From the NCBI GenBank assembly GCA_937910695.1, contig CALEMW010000233.1, positions 3,677 to 67,676 of the forward strand: 64,000 nucleotides of DNA, written 5' to 3'. How positions within the stretch are numbered: the first letter of the stretch is position 1; every line of letters begins with the position of its first letter. Below are positions 10,204 through 19,622 of the stretch, in pieces. The notes under the pieces were generated by a model. The model did no database searches, was not told the origin of the DNA, and worked only from the letters and a program-made list of their open reading frames with translations. The translations under genes and the position numbers were made by a program. The DNA comes from an uncultured bacterium. Lineage in GTDB: Bacteria; Krumholzibacteriota; Krumholzibacteriia; LZORAL124-64-63.

Positions 10204-11346
10204 TCAGTCCCTCCTGCGGGCGGTCAGGACGAGACGGGTCGCGAGAAAATCGAGGCGATCCCAGATCAGATAGGCGTCCCGATCGCTGCGGGTGGCCCGG
10301 GTCAAATGGAAGTCCGAGTGGTCCAGGCCCGGCTGGAAACCTACGGGCCAACGCACGCCGTCGCCGACGATCGTCGGCGCCGTGAACTGGAGCCAGCGGT
10401 CGACCAGGCCGGCGGCGAGGAACGACGACGCCAGCCGGGGCCCGCCCTCGACCATGATCACGGCGTGACCGGCCTGGTGGGCCCGACGCAGGATGGAGGC
10501 AGGTTCGACGCGGCCGTCCACGGCATCGCAGCGCAGGACGGTCGTGCCTCTCGCAGTCAACTGCGCGGCGGAATTCTCGGAAGCAGCGGACGAGGTGAAG
10601 ACCGTGACAGCATCGTTCCGCCAGGCGAGCGCCGTGGTGAGGTCCGTGTCCACACAGGCGGGCACGGGGTCTCGTCGAGGCGACCAGTCGGAGCCCTCGG
10701 CGCGGCGGCCGTCCAGACGCGGAGCATCAGCTCGGACCGTGCCGGCGCCCACCAGCACCATGTCGCACCAGCGTCGCTGACGATGCACCTCGTCGAGGGA
10801 TTCGTCGCAGGTGAGATAAAATGGTTCGCCGAGACGGGCGTCCGCCGGGGCGAAGACGCCGTCGATGCTTTGGGCCGTCTTGAGCACCACGAAGGGACGT
10901 GTGAAGGCGTCGGTCACCACGAAGGGCCAGATGAGTTCGAGACAACCCCGGGCCATCACGCCGATGTCGACCTTGATGCCCGCCGCCCTGAGGATCTCCA
11001 CGCCGCCGCCGGCCACATGCGGGTTGGGGTCGCGGATACCGATCACGACCCGCTGGACGCCGCTCGCGATCACCAGCGGCACGCAGGGTGCGGTCCGTCC
11101 CTGATGATTGCAGGGCTCGAGTGTGACATAGAGGGTCCCGCCGCTGGCGCGGTCACCGGCCTGGGTCAGAGCCAAGACCTCGGCGTGGGGCGTGCCCGGG
11201 CCGTCATGGGCTCCGCGTCCGACGATCTCGCCGTCGCACACGACCACGGCACCGACCGGTGGGTTGGGCCAGGGACGCGCCTCGATGTCGCGCGCCGTAC
11301 GGTGCGCCTCGCTCATGAAATGATTGTCTGTGGTTGTAGCCGCCAT
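10204..11346 (-). CDS. ribD: Bifunctional diaminohydroxyphosphoribosylaminopyrimidine deaminase / 5-amino-6-(5-phosphoribosylamino)uracil reductase
   Basis: CMP/dCMP deaminase zinc motif (HAEVLAL...LYVTLEPCNHQGRTAPC) plus a C-terminal reductase domain. Start placed at MAATTTDNHFMSEAH by alignment to the RibD N-terminus. The track ORF runs into the riboswitch. Confidence 0.85.
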   Translation of the reverse strand: MAATTTDNHFMSEAHRTARDIEARPWPNPPVGAVVVCDGEIVGRGAHDGPGTPHAEVLALTQAGDRASGGTLYVTLEPCNHQGRTAPCVPLVIASGVQRVVIGIRDPNPHVAGGGVEILRAAGIKVDIGVMARGCLELIWPFVVTDAFTRPFVVLKTAQSIDGVFAPADARLGEPFYLTCDESLDEVHRQRRWCDMVLVGAGTVRADAPRLDGRRAEGSDWSPRRDPVPACVDTDLTTALAWRNDAVTVFTSSAASENSAAQLTARGTTVLRCDAVDGRVEPASILRRAHQAGHAVIMVEGGPRLASSFLAAGLVDRWLQFTAPTIVGDGVRWPVGFQPGLDHSDFHLTRATRSDRDAYLIWDRLDFLATRLVLTARRRD

Positions 11347-11423
11347 GATCCTGAACTTGGTTGTTCGGGGCGGTAGGCAGACAGGAAGGGACGCCCCGCT
11401 TTGCAGCGGCGCGCCGGCTCCCA

Positions 11424-11550
11424 ACTTCTACCATCCAGACTTTAACTGTCGGCTCCGGAATTCCACCGAATCAACCGGCCGCGCCGAAGCGCAGACGGGT
11501 CGCGGGCTGTGACCGCCGGTGGGGAATTGCACCCCGCCCCGAAGTTGAGT
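11424..11550 (-). promoter_or_regulatory. FMN riboswitch (RFN element) in the ribD leader
   Basis: Minus-strand sequence contains CUUCGGGGCGGGGUGCAAUUCCCCACCGGCGGU ... GCCGACAGUUAAAGUCUGGAUGGUAGAAG, matching the conserved RFN cores (GGGUGAAAUUCCC-ACCGGCGGUA and GCCGACAGUGAAAGUCUGGAUGG-AGAAG). Confidence 0.8.
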
Positions 11551-11597
11551 TTTGACTTGTCTTTCCGGACCAACGCTAGCGTCGATCCGAGGCCTTG

Positions 11598-12635
11598 TCA
11601 AGCCGTGGTCGTTTCGCCCTCGCCATCGCTGAACAGCGCACGGGCGAAGATCTCGGGATCGAACGGAGCGATGTCCTCGACCGTCTCCCCCACGCCGATC
11701 CAGAGCACGGGTAGTCCCAGCGTCTCGGCGATCGCCACAACGATGCCGCCCTTGGCCGTGCCGTCCAGCTTCGTGAGCACGAGGCCGTCCACCGGCACGG
11801 TCTCGGCGAAGATCTTGGCCTGCTGCAGACCGTTCTGGCCCGTGTTGGCGTCGACCACCAACAGTGTTTCCGGATCGCGCCCGATCTTCTTTTGGATGAC
11901 CCGGGCGATCTTCCCCAGTTCGTCCATGAGACTGGACTTGGTGTGCAGCCGGCCTGCCGTGTCCACGATCACCAGGTCGTGACCGCGGGCCTCGGCGGCC
12001 TGCAGGGCGTCGAAGACCACCGCAGCGGGATCGGCGTTCTGACCCTGTTGGATGCAGTCCACGCCGATGCGGTCGGCCCAGATCGTCAACTGCTCCACCG
12101 CCGCAGCGCGGAAGGTGTCGCCCGCGGCGACCATGACCTTGCGGCCCTCCTGCTTGTAGTAGTGGGCCAGTTTGGCGATGGTCGTGGTCTTGCCCGTGCC
12201 GTTGACGCCGACGACGAAGATCACCTGGGGAACACCGGGACGGATCTCCGGCACGGTCTCAGGCTCCCGCTCGAGCTTCCGGCCCTTCTTGCCCTTTTTC
12301 TTCGGGGAGTCGTCTCCGGCCTCGTCCCAGCTCCGGACCTTGATCCGCGGCTTGGCGTCGCGCAGCGTCGCGGTAATATCCTTGCGAATCACTTCAAGGA
12401 CGCTCTCGAGAGAGGACTCCCCGCCCTCCTCCTTGACCCGCTTCTCGATGCTCCGGGTGATGCGCAGGCTGGCCTGCACGCCCAGGTCGGCGGATATGAG
12501 CATCTCTTCGATGGCGTCGAGAGTCTCCGGATCCAGGCGTACTCGCCCGCCGAAAATGTCCCCGAGCCGGCCGACGATGCCGTCACGCGTCTTACGCAGC
12601 CCCTTGCGGAGCTTGTCGAATGCACCCCAGGCCAT
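11598..12635 (-). CDS. ftsY: Signal recognition particle receptor FtsY
   Basis: NG domain motifs GVNGTGKTTTIAKLA, DTAGR and TKLDGTAKGG. Confidence 0.9.
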   Translation of the reverse strand: MAWGAFDKLRKGLRKTRDGIVGRLGDIFGGRVRLDPETLDAIEEMLISADLGVQASLRITRSIEKRVKEEGGESSLESVLEVIRKDITATLRDAKPRIKVRSWDEAGDDSPKKKGKKGRKLEREPETVPEIRPGVPQVIFVVGVNGTGKTTTIAKLAHYYKQEGRKVMVAAGDTFRAAAVEQLTIWADRIGVDCIQQGQNADPAAVVFDALQAAEARGHDLVIVDTAGRLHTKSSLMDELGKIARVIQKKIGRDPETLLVVDANTGQNGLQQAKIFAETVPVDGLVLTKLDGTAKGGIVVAIAETLGLPVLWIGVGETVEDIAPFDPEIFARALFSDGEGETTTA

Positions 12636-15600
12636 CTAGTCCTCCGTGGTGTCCGTGGACGGATCGTCGTCAATCGCTTCGACGTCCCCGCCGCCGGCCG
12701 CGGCAGCCATGGCCCGCTCTGGAACGGCAACCTCTTCGGACCCCTCGTCCTCAAGATCAGCGGCGGTCACTGCAGGGTTTGGGGCCGCCTGTTCCTCCAC
12801 CAAGGTGAAAGCGACGGCCATGTCCGGCACGTTGATGGCATCGAGTTCCGCAGCGGCTTCGTCGAGGGTAAAGCGCACTTCCTCCTCGTTGTAGACCTCG
12901 CCGGCCTCGGCGGCCGCCGTCACTGCGTGTTCGGCCTCGGTGTTGTCGATCTGGCGGCGGCGCTTGGCGATGGCGCGGCCGAGATCGGCATCGCTGTGGG
13001 ATTCGGCCACGTCCTGGAAGCTCACCGAGACGGTGTTGCTCACGCCCTCCTCCATCATCGTCACGCCGTAGAGATGGTTGGCGGTCTCCATCGTCAGCTT
13101 GTTGTGGGTGACCACGAGGAACTGGGTATTGCTGGAGAACTCCCGCAGCATGTGCACGAAGCGCTGGACGTTGGAGTCGTCCAGGGGCGCGTCGGCCTCG
13201 TCCAGCAGACAGAAGGGCGACGGCTTGACCAGATACACGGCAAAGAGTATCGAAAGGGCCGTCAGGCAGCGCTCGCCTCCCGACAGGAGGCGGATGTGGT
13301 CGACCTTCTTGCCGCGAGGCTGGGCGAGGATACGGATGTTGGCCTCGAGAGGATCGTCGGTGGCTTCGAGGATCAGATCCGCGCGGCCGCCTTCGAACAG
13401 GGTCTGGAAGACCGCCACATAGTTGCGCCTGACCTCTTCGTAGGTTTCACGGAAGAGCTTGCGGGCGGTCGTGTTGATCTTCGTGATCGTCGAATTCAGA
13501 TCGTCGCGGGCGCGCTGGACGTCGGCGAGCTGGGTTTCGAGGAACGTGAGCCGCTCGTTCTTCTGCTCGAATTCCTCCACCGCCAGATGGTTCACCGCAC
13601 CAAGGCCTTCGAGCTTATGGCGGGCGTCATCGAGCAAAGACCTGGCCTGCTCCTCGTTGAACACGTCGTCGTCGAACTCGAGCTCCTTGGGCAGAGCTTC
13701 GCGGTCGATGCTGCGGATGAGCTCGCGGAACCTCCCCTTGTGCTGCTCCTCCACACGCTCGACGAGGTTAGCCCGGCGCACGTCCATGGTCGCCAGCTCG
13801 GTTTCGGCTCCGTGGAGGTGCTCACGCACGACGCTGCGGGCGTCTTCGATCTCCTTGACCCGCTCGTGCCAGACGGCCGTCTCTTCATGAAGCGCGGAAA
13901 TGGATTCGGTGGCGACCTGAACCAACCGTCGCCGTCGCTCGCGTTCGTTGACACCTTCGCTCACCTGCCCACGGCGTTCCACCAGCTCCCTCTCCATGTC
14001 CTCGAGTTCCTGGCGGTAGAGTTCCATCTCCTCGCGCAGACGCACTTCGGTGGCGGTCATCTCGGCCACCGATTCCTGGCGATGACGCACGGCTGTGTCC
14101 AGTTCCCGGGACTCGCCGTGGAGTTGGGAATGGAGCAACTGCTTCTCGCCGACCGATCCGCGCAGACCGTCCCGTTCACGTTCGCCCGTCACGACGTTGG
14201 TTCGCAGGTCGTCGAGCCTGGTCGTGCTGCCCTCCCGCTCGCGGGAGCTCGAGTCGAGACGCCCCATCAGAGCGTTTTCCTGAGCGAGCAGATCCGCCAT
14301 CGAGGCCTCGATGGATTCACGGTCGCGGGCGATGGCCTCGAGACGACGCGCCGCCGCTTCGACTCGGCTGCGGGCTTCGGCCTCCTCGACGTGGTGTCGG
14401 CGCAGGCGGTCGTCCAACTCCTCCATGGCGCCGCGTCCGTCCTGCACTCGGGTGCGCAGAGCGGCGAGGTGTTCCTCGGTGGCCGCGAGTCGGGCCTGGT
14501 GGTCGGTGATCTGGGTCTCCAGGTCGGCGATCTCCTGCAACAGGCCGTCGAGCTTTTCGCCGCGCCCGAGCAGGCTGACTTCCTCGGCCTTGCCGCTGCC
14601 GCCTCGGATCAGGCCGTCGCTGGTGACCAGCAGGCCGGTACGGGACAGGCAGGTCACGCCCACGCCGCCGCGATAGGCTGCGGCTGCGGTCAGGGCGGCT
14701 TCATCGGTTTCGAAGCACCAGGTCCGCGAGAGCAACGATGTCAGGTGCGGCACACCGGCCGCTTCGCCACGGACCAGATCGGCGGCCGTGCGGCCGCCGG
14801 CCGGCGGCGTGGGAGCACCGTCGCCGCCGGCGAAGGCGGAGTCGGGCAGCAGGGAAATGCGTCCCTTCTCACCCTCGCGCAGGGAGCGCAGATACTCCGT
14901 CGCCGTATCGGGACCGTCCACGACGACAGCATCGAGAAGATCGCCCAACAGGAGTTCGAAGGCTTCGGTCCAGGCCTCGTCCATGCCGAGGCGGTCGGCG
15001 AGGCTGCCGCGGACGCGGGAGTCGTTGGCGCCGCGTTCGAGAACGTCCTTGGCCGCTTTCGAATACCCGTGATAGCTGTCCTTGATGCGCTTGAGCAGGT
15101 CGTGCCGCGAACTCAGCGACTCGCGCTTGGCTTCGCGCAGGGAGATCTCATCGCGCAGGCGTGAGCGGTCGTCTTCGCCGTCCTGCAGGGCGCGTTCCGT
15201 GTCGGCCAGCGACTGCAACAGCGTGCGGCGTTCGCCCCCCAGGACATCGCGAGCCGAGCTGAGGGATGTCAGACGATCCTCTTCGACGCGGCTGCCTTCC
15301 CGCTGCTCGTCGCCTTCGCGCTCGAGGGCTCGCAGGCGTTCGCCGCGGTTCTCCATGCGGACCTGAAGTTCGCGCAGCTCCGCCTTGTGACGGTTGTCCG
15401 TCTCGATGAACTCCATGTTGAGCTGGGTGGCCTTTTCGAGGGCCTGGCGATCAGCGTCGAAGCGGTGTTCGATCAGACGCAGCTCCTCTTCGAGGCGCAG
15501 CAGATCACTGGTCAGCTCCTCGACCTGGGAGATCACGGTCTGGCGGCGAGCCCCGAGGTCTGTCATTTCGATGTGGACCGTCTCGCGACGGCTGCAGATC

Positions 15601-16580
15601 TCGGCCACCTGTTCGGTGTGTTCCTGCCGACGCCGCGTGTGGTCGGTGATGCGGTGCTCGAGCACGATCACCTTCTGCTCGATCTGCTTCAATTCGGACT
15701 CGTAGGCCAGCATGGACTCTTCGAGCCCGTGACGTTCGGCTTCGCGTTCGTCCACGGCGGGGCGCGTGGATTCGATCCGTCCCCGCAGCTCGGCCAACTC
15801 GCCCGAATCGGATTCGCCGGCCACCATCAGTTCCTGGACGCGCCCCTTGAGCTCGTGCTCCCTATTCTCCATCTGCTTCCAACCGCGCCCCGCCATGAGC
15901 AGGTCGAGGGCTCGCGCCTGGGCATAGAGGCTGCGATAGCGGCGGGCCTTGCCCACCTGACGCTGCAGCGAACGCACCTCGCGTCCGATCTCCTCGACGA
16001 TGTCCATCAGACGCAGCACGTCCTGCTGGGTCTGGTCGAGCTTGCGCTGGGCTTCCTTGCGCCGGGCTTTGTACTTGACGATGCCGGCGCCCTCTTCGAT
16101 AAGCAGGCGCACCTCGTTGGAGTTCTCGGCGAGCACGCGGCCGATCTTCTCCTGCTCGATCACCGAGTAGGTCGTGTTGTTCACGCCGCTGTCGAAGAAG
16201 AGGTCGCGCAGATCCTTCAGCCGGACCGGGCTGTTGTTCAGGAAGTACTGGCTGTTGCCGTCGCGTGTCACACGCCGCTTGATGCCCACCTCGTCGAATT
16301 CGATGGGCAGCAGACGGTCTTCGTTGGAAAAGATCAGCGACACTTCACAGAGGTTCACGGCCTTCCGCTTGGCGGTGCCCTTGAAGATGATGTCCTCCAT
16401 GGTCGAACCGCGCAACTGCTTGGCCGATTGCTCGCCCAGCACCCAGCGGATGGCGTCGACGATGTTGCTCTTCCCGCAGCCGTTGGGGCCCAGGATCGCC
16501 GTGATCCCCTTATCGAATTCAAGGACTGTCTTATCGACGAAGGACTTGAATCCCTGCAATTCCACACGCTTCAGTTTCAC
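12636..16580 (-). CDS. smc: Chromosome segregation protein SMC, with about 130-aa acidic C-terminal extension
   Basis: N-terminal Walker A (LGPNGCGKSNIVDAIRWVLGEQSAK), long coiled coils, hinge, and a C-terminal LSGGE signature/Walker B region (LSGGERCLTALSILFA...LDEADAPLD). Confidence 0.9.
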   Translation of the reverse strand: MKLKRVELQGFKSFVDKTVLEFDKGITAILGPNGCGKSNIVDAIRWVLGEQSAKQLRGSTMEDIIFKGTAKRKAVNLCEVSLIFSNEDRLLPIEFDEVGIKRRVTRDGNSQYFLNNSPVRLKDLRDLFFDSGVNNTTYSVIEQEKIGRVLAENSNEVRLLIEEGAGIVKYKARRKEAQRKLDQTQQDVLRLMDIVEEIGREVRSLQRQVGKARRYRSLYAQARALDLLMAGRGWKQMENREHELKGRVQELMVAGESDSGELAELRGRIESTRPAVDEREAERHGLEESMLAYESELKQIEQKVIVLEHRITDHTRRRQEHTEQVAEICSRRETVHIEMTDLGARRQTVISQVEELTSDLLRLEEELRLIEHRFDADRQALEKATQLNMEFIETDNRHKAELRELQVRMENRGERLRALEREGDEQREGSRVEEDRLTSLSSARDVLGGERRTLLQSLADTERALQDGEDDRSRLRDEISLREAKRESLSSRHDLLKRIKDSYHGYSKAAKDVLERGANDSRVRGSLADRLGMDEAWTEAFELLLGDLLDAVVVDGPDTATEYLRSLREGEKGRISLLPDSAFAGGDGAPTPPAGGRTAADLVRGEAAGVPHLTSLLSRTWCFETDEAALTAAAAYRGGVGVTCLSRTGLLVTSDGLIRGGSGKAEEVSLLGRGEKLDGLLQEIADLETQITDHQARLAATEEHLAALRTRVQDGRGAMEELDDRLRRHHVEEAEARSRVEAAARRLEAIARDRESIEASMADLLAQENALMGRLDSSSREREGSTTRLDDLRTNVVTGERERDGLRGSVGEKQLLHSQLHGESRELDTAVRHRQESVAEMTATEVRLREEMELYRQELEDMERELVERRGQVSEGVNERERRRRLVQVATESISALHEETAVWHERVKEIEDARSVVREHLHGAETELATMDVRRANLVERVEEQHKGRFRELIRSIDREALPKELEFDDDVFNEEQARSLLDDARHKLEGLGAVNHLAVEEFEQKNERLTFLETQLADVQRARDDLNSTITKINTTARKLFRETYEEVRRNYVAVFQTLFEGGRADLILEATDDPLEANIRILAQPRGKKVDHIRLLSGGERCLTALSILFAVYLVKPSPFCLLDEADAPLDDSNVQRFVHMLREFSSNTQFLVVTHNKLTMETANHLYGVTMMEEGVSNTVSVSFQDVAESHSDADLGRAIAKRRRQIDNTEAEHAVTAAAEAGEVYNEEEVRFTLDEAAAELDAINVPDMAVAFTLVEEQAAPNPAVTAADLEDEGSEEVAVPERAMAAAAGGGDVEAIDDDPSTDTTED

Positions 16581-16617
16581 ACTGTCACCTTGTCGTTGTC
16601 GTTCAGGGCTGTTGAGG

Positions 16618-17982
16618 TCATCGCAGCACTCCGGCCCGCTGGGGCAGCGCCCAGTCGGTCTCGAGCCGCGTGTAGAGTTCAGTCATGGCGGCGTTCGCCT
16701 CGCTCAGTGTGGCGAAGCTCCCGGTATAGATGCGGTGCCAGTTCCGATCGTCGACGACGGCTGTGTGCACGACCGCATGGAAACCGCGCCCTTCCATACG
16801 GGCGAGTTCTTCTTCGGCCAGCCGATCATCGGCCAGGGAATAGACCCAGAGGCACCAGCCGGCCGCGCCGACCTCGGCCCCGAAGGGGTCGTCGATAGAC
16901 GATTCGCCTGCGGACGACGGCGTGTCGGCGGCGGCGGCATGGGTGATCGTCGGTGCCGGGGGGTTCTCGGCAGGGGCGTCGACGGGATCATCCACCACAA
17001 GGGTCCCTGGCGACGTTTCGGATTGATCGCCCAGGGAGTCATTCTGCGCCGCTACGACTTCAACGGGGATGCCGTCATCATGAACGGACGTACTGTCGAG
17101 AACCACCACCAGATCATCACCGGATGTCTCGGCCGGATTCTCGCCGCGCCAATCCGTCTGCCCGACCCACCAGATCGCCAGAACGATCACGAGGATTCCC
17201 ATCAGAATCGCCAAGCGGCGGAAAACCGCCGACGAACCCTTGACCACGGTCTTGTCCACACTCCCGTCGTCGAGACGGAAAATCGGGGGACCGGCAACCT
17301 GGCTCGCTCCGACGGCGAAGGCCAGCACTGCCCGTGGCGATTCACCGAGCAGGCCGGCGTCGCGGATCATGTTCTCGACGTTGACCGACAACTGATTGAC
17401 CGGATCCCAGCAGACAACGCGGAGGGACGGCAGAGCCGCCCAGACAGCACCGCGATCACCGGTCGAGGCGCAGACGATTACGTGTTCCACCGTTTCTCCC
17501 AGGAACTCCAGCAGGCGGTGCAGTTCCTCAGCCGTGGCGCGCGTTGGCTGGTAGGATCCCACGCCCAGCAGGCGCGCCGTGCCGTCCCCCAAAGGGAGCA
17601 CGGAAGAAGCGGCTTCGAGGGAGAGATCATAGCGGACAACGTCGATCCAACCCTCTTGCTCCAACTGTCCGGACCAACGCGTCAGGTCGGGAAGATGGTC
17701 GTCGCCGTCGATCACCACGACGCTGCGCCCACGGCAGGAGAGTTCGTCAGCCAAGGCCAGCACCACGGCTGATCTGGTGGCTGTACGCGAGGGCTCGTCC
17801 AGAACGACGCAGAGACTAGGAGCGTCTGGACCTTCGAAATGGACGTCGACGAAAGCTGACACATCAGGCAGACAGCGACAGGCTTCAGAGAAATCAGTGC
17901 GACCGAAGCCAAGGTCCGCCACCACGGATCCGAGTTCGAAACTTGGCAGGCCTCCCGGTCCGCCGTCTTCACGTCGGCTCAT
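16618..17982 (-). CDS. SPOR-domain (peptidoglycan-binding) protein with N-terminal degenerate ParA/MinD-like domain and one TM helix
   Basis: C-terminal ~75 aa (GWCLWVYSLADDRLAEEELARMEGRGFHAVVHTAVVDDRNWHRIYTGSFATLSEANAAM) fits the SPOR repeat pattern. ATG at 17982 overlaps the selA stop (TGATG) and is preceded by GGAGGAGG. The N-terminal domain lacks a Walker A motif. Confidence 0.55.
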   Translation of the reverse strand: MSRREDGGPGGLPSFELGSVVADLGFGRTDFSEACRCLPDVSAFVDVHFEGPDAPSLCVVLDEPSRTATRSAVVLALADELSCRGRSVVVIDGDDHLPDLTRWSGQLEQEGWIDVVRYDLSLEAASSVLPLGDGTARLLGVGSYQPTRATAEELHRLLEFLGETVEHVIVCASTGDRGAVWAALPSLRVVCWDPVNQLSVNVENMIRDAGLLGESPRAVLAFAVGASQVAGPPIFRLDDGSVDKTVVKGSSAVFRRLAILMGILVIVLAIWWVGQTDWRGENPAETSGDDLVVVLDSTSVHDDGIPVEVVAAQNDSLGDQSETSPGTLVVDDPVDAPAENPPAPTITHAAAADTPSSAGESSIDDPFGAEVGAAGWCLWVYSLADDRLAEEELARMEGRGFHAVVHTAVVDDRNWHRIYTGSFATLSEANAAMTELYTRLETDWALPQRAGVLR

Positions 17983-19409
17983 CACGCCTCCTCCCGGCGT
18001 CCGGTTTCCAGAGCGAGCCATGCGGTGCGTACGGCGGCGGCCAAGAGGTCGAACTCTCCGTCAGCGACCGCTCTCGGATCCAAGGCCAGCCCTTCCTGAG
18101 ATATCCTGGCCACGACGGCCGGATCACCGGACCGCAGCAGCTTGTGGCACCGTTCGAGTTCGTCCGCTGGGCCGCGCCAGTGCAGCAGCTTCGAAGGCAC
18201 GATGAGCGCAGCGCCGGCGCCGCCGCCCACCTGGGATTCACCGTCCATGATCGTCCAGGACCACTCGGGAGGCAGATCGACGGCGAGGCCGGCGCCCAGC
18301 TCCGTGGCCAGCGTTTCGAGGTCTGCGAGGGAGCGGTCGAGATGCTTCAGGGTCGGCACCGCTTCGAGGTGATCGCCGGCCAGGTAGTGGCTCAACACAC
18401 CGTCCACCGCAGCCAATGTCGTTTTGTCGACTCGGAAAGTACGACGCATGGGATGAGCGCGCATGGCTCCCACCAGATCGGTGCGGCCGATGGCGAATCC
18501 CGCCTGTCCCCCGCCGAACAGCTTGTCGCCGCTGCAAGTGACAAGATCGACGCCGGCGGCGAGATCGTCGGCGAGGGTGCGTTCGGGCGGCAGACCGAAA
18601 CGTTCCACGCGTTCGAGCAGTCCGCTGCCCGCATCGTAGATCAAGGTGTGGTCGCGCTCGCGGCACAGCGCCGCGAGATCGGCCAGGTCGACGGTCTCGG
18701 TGAAGCCCGTCATCTCGAAGTTGCTGCGGTGGACCTTCAAAACGACGGCCCCGGGCGTCAGGGCGCGGGCGTAGTCGTCGAGGGTCGTACGATTGGTGGT
18801 GCCGACTTCGACCAGCTCGCAGCCCGCCTCGGCTACGATCTCGTGCAGGCGGAACGAACCGCCGATGGCCACGACTTCGCCCCTCGAGAGCAGCACCCGG
18901 CCCCCGTCGGCACAGGTGCGCACGGCGAGCCACAAGGCGGCGGCGTTGTTGTTGACGATCAGAGCGTCGTCGCCGCCGGCGAGCAGGGCGACCTTTTCCT
19001 CGACCTTGCGGCCGCGATGACCGCGACGGCCGGCGACGAGGTCCATCTCCAGGTCGCAGTTCCAGCGGGCGACGTCGCCCATCCAGGCAACGGCGCGTTC
19101 CGGATAGAGGGACCGTCCCAAATTGGTGTGCACGACGATGCCGGTGGCATTGATCACACGGCGCATGGCCTGTCCCAGCAGCTCTTGGTGCCGCTCCACG
19201 ACACGGTGCGTCAACCGCTCCCGCAACTCGTTGCGTTCCACTGTGGTCCCTGCCAAGCCGCCCAGAAGCCGCTCCCGCTCCGATTCCACCTCGCGCTGCA
19301 CCAGACGCGTGACCCAGGCGCGGGCCGCGTCGGTGAGCAGGGGGGTGATGCGGGGGTCCTCGAGCAACTGGCCCACCGAGGGCAGATGGCGGAGGATCTC
19401 GTGACTCAT
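17982..19409 (-). CDS. selA: L-seryl-tRNA(Sec) selenium transferase
   Basis: HLPSVGQLL N-terminal motif and a PLP fold-type I core (HTNLGRSL, IVNNNAAAL, LLSRGEVVAIGGSFR, CSGDKLFGGGQAG). The active-site Lys is in the SGDK motif. Confidence 0.85.
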   Translation of the reverse strand: MSHEILRHLPSVGQLLEDPRITPLLTDAARAWVTRLVQREVESERERLLGGLAGTTVERNELRERLTHRVVERHQELLGQAMRRVINATGIVVHTNLGRSLYPERAVAWMGDVARWNCDLEMDLVAGRRGHRGRKVEEKVALLAGGDDALIVNNNAAALWLAVRTCADGGRVLLSRGEVVAIGGSFRLHEIVAEAGCELVEVGTTNRTTLDDYARALTPGAVVLKVHRSNFEMTGFTETVDLADLAALCRERDHTLIYDAGSGLLERVERFGLPPERTLADDLAAGVDLVTCSGDKLFGGGQAGFAIGRTDLVGAMRAHPMRRTFRVDKTTLAAVDGVLSHYLAGDHLEAVPTLKHLDRSLADLETLATELGAGLAVDLPPEWSWTIMDGESQVGGGAGAALIVPSKLLHWRGPADELERCHKLLRSGDPAVVARISQEGLALDPRAVADGEFDLLAAAVRTAWLALETGRREEA

Positions 19410-19622
19410 GGGCCTGCCGATCCGGCTGGGGGTCGGGGACATATGACGAATCACGGCCGGGCGGCCGACCGTGGCCGACAAATCTACCAGACGATCCGCC
19501 TGCTGTCCAGAAGACCGCCGCGGGTTCCCGACCTCGCAGCCCCCTTCAACGCAAACTTGGAACCTGTTCTGGACACGGGAGTTGCCGTGCTCCTATGCTG
19601 TGGCCCGAGGAAGGAGACTCCC

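Noticed and set aside
11892-15164. 1090-aa plus-strand ORF antisense to smc, and similar long antisense ORFs (15387-16898, 16174-17772, 34877-36733, 61890-63365, 20625-22274, 8288-9553, 9364-10385)
   Set aside because: They lie opposite confidently identified genes (smc, recA, ribBA, amidase, secreted paralogs). They are low-complexity and rich in R/G/A/H with no motifs.
17943-19622. 5' 1.7 kb of track ORF 17943-22031 (plus strand)
   Set aside because: Antisense to selA. A clear RBS and ATG with a lipoprotein signal peptide at 19623 marks the real amidase start.
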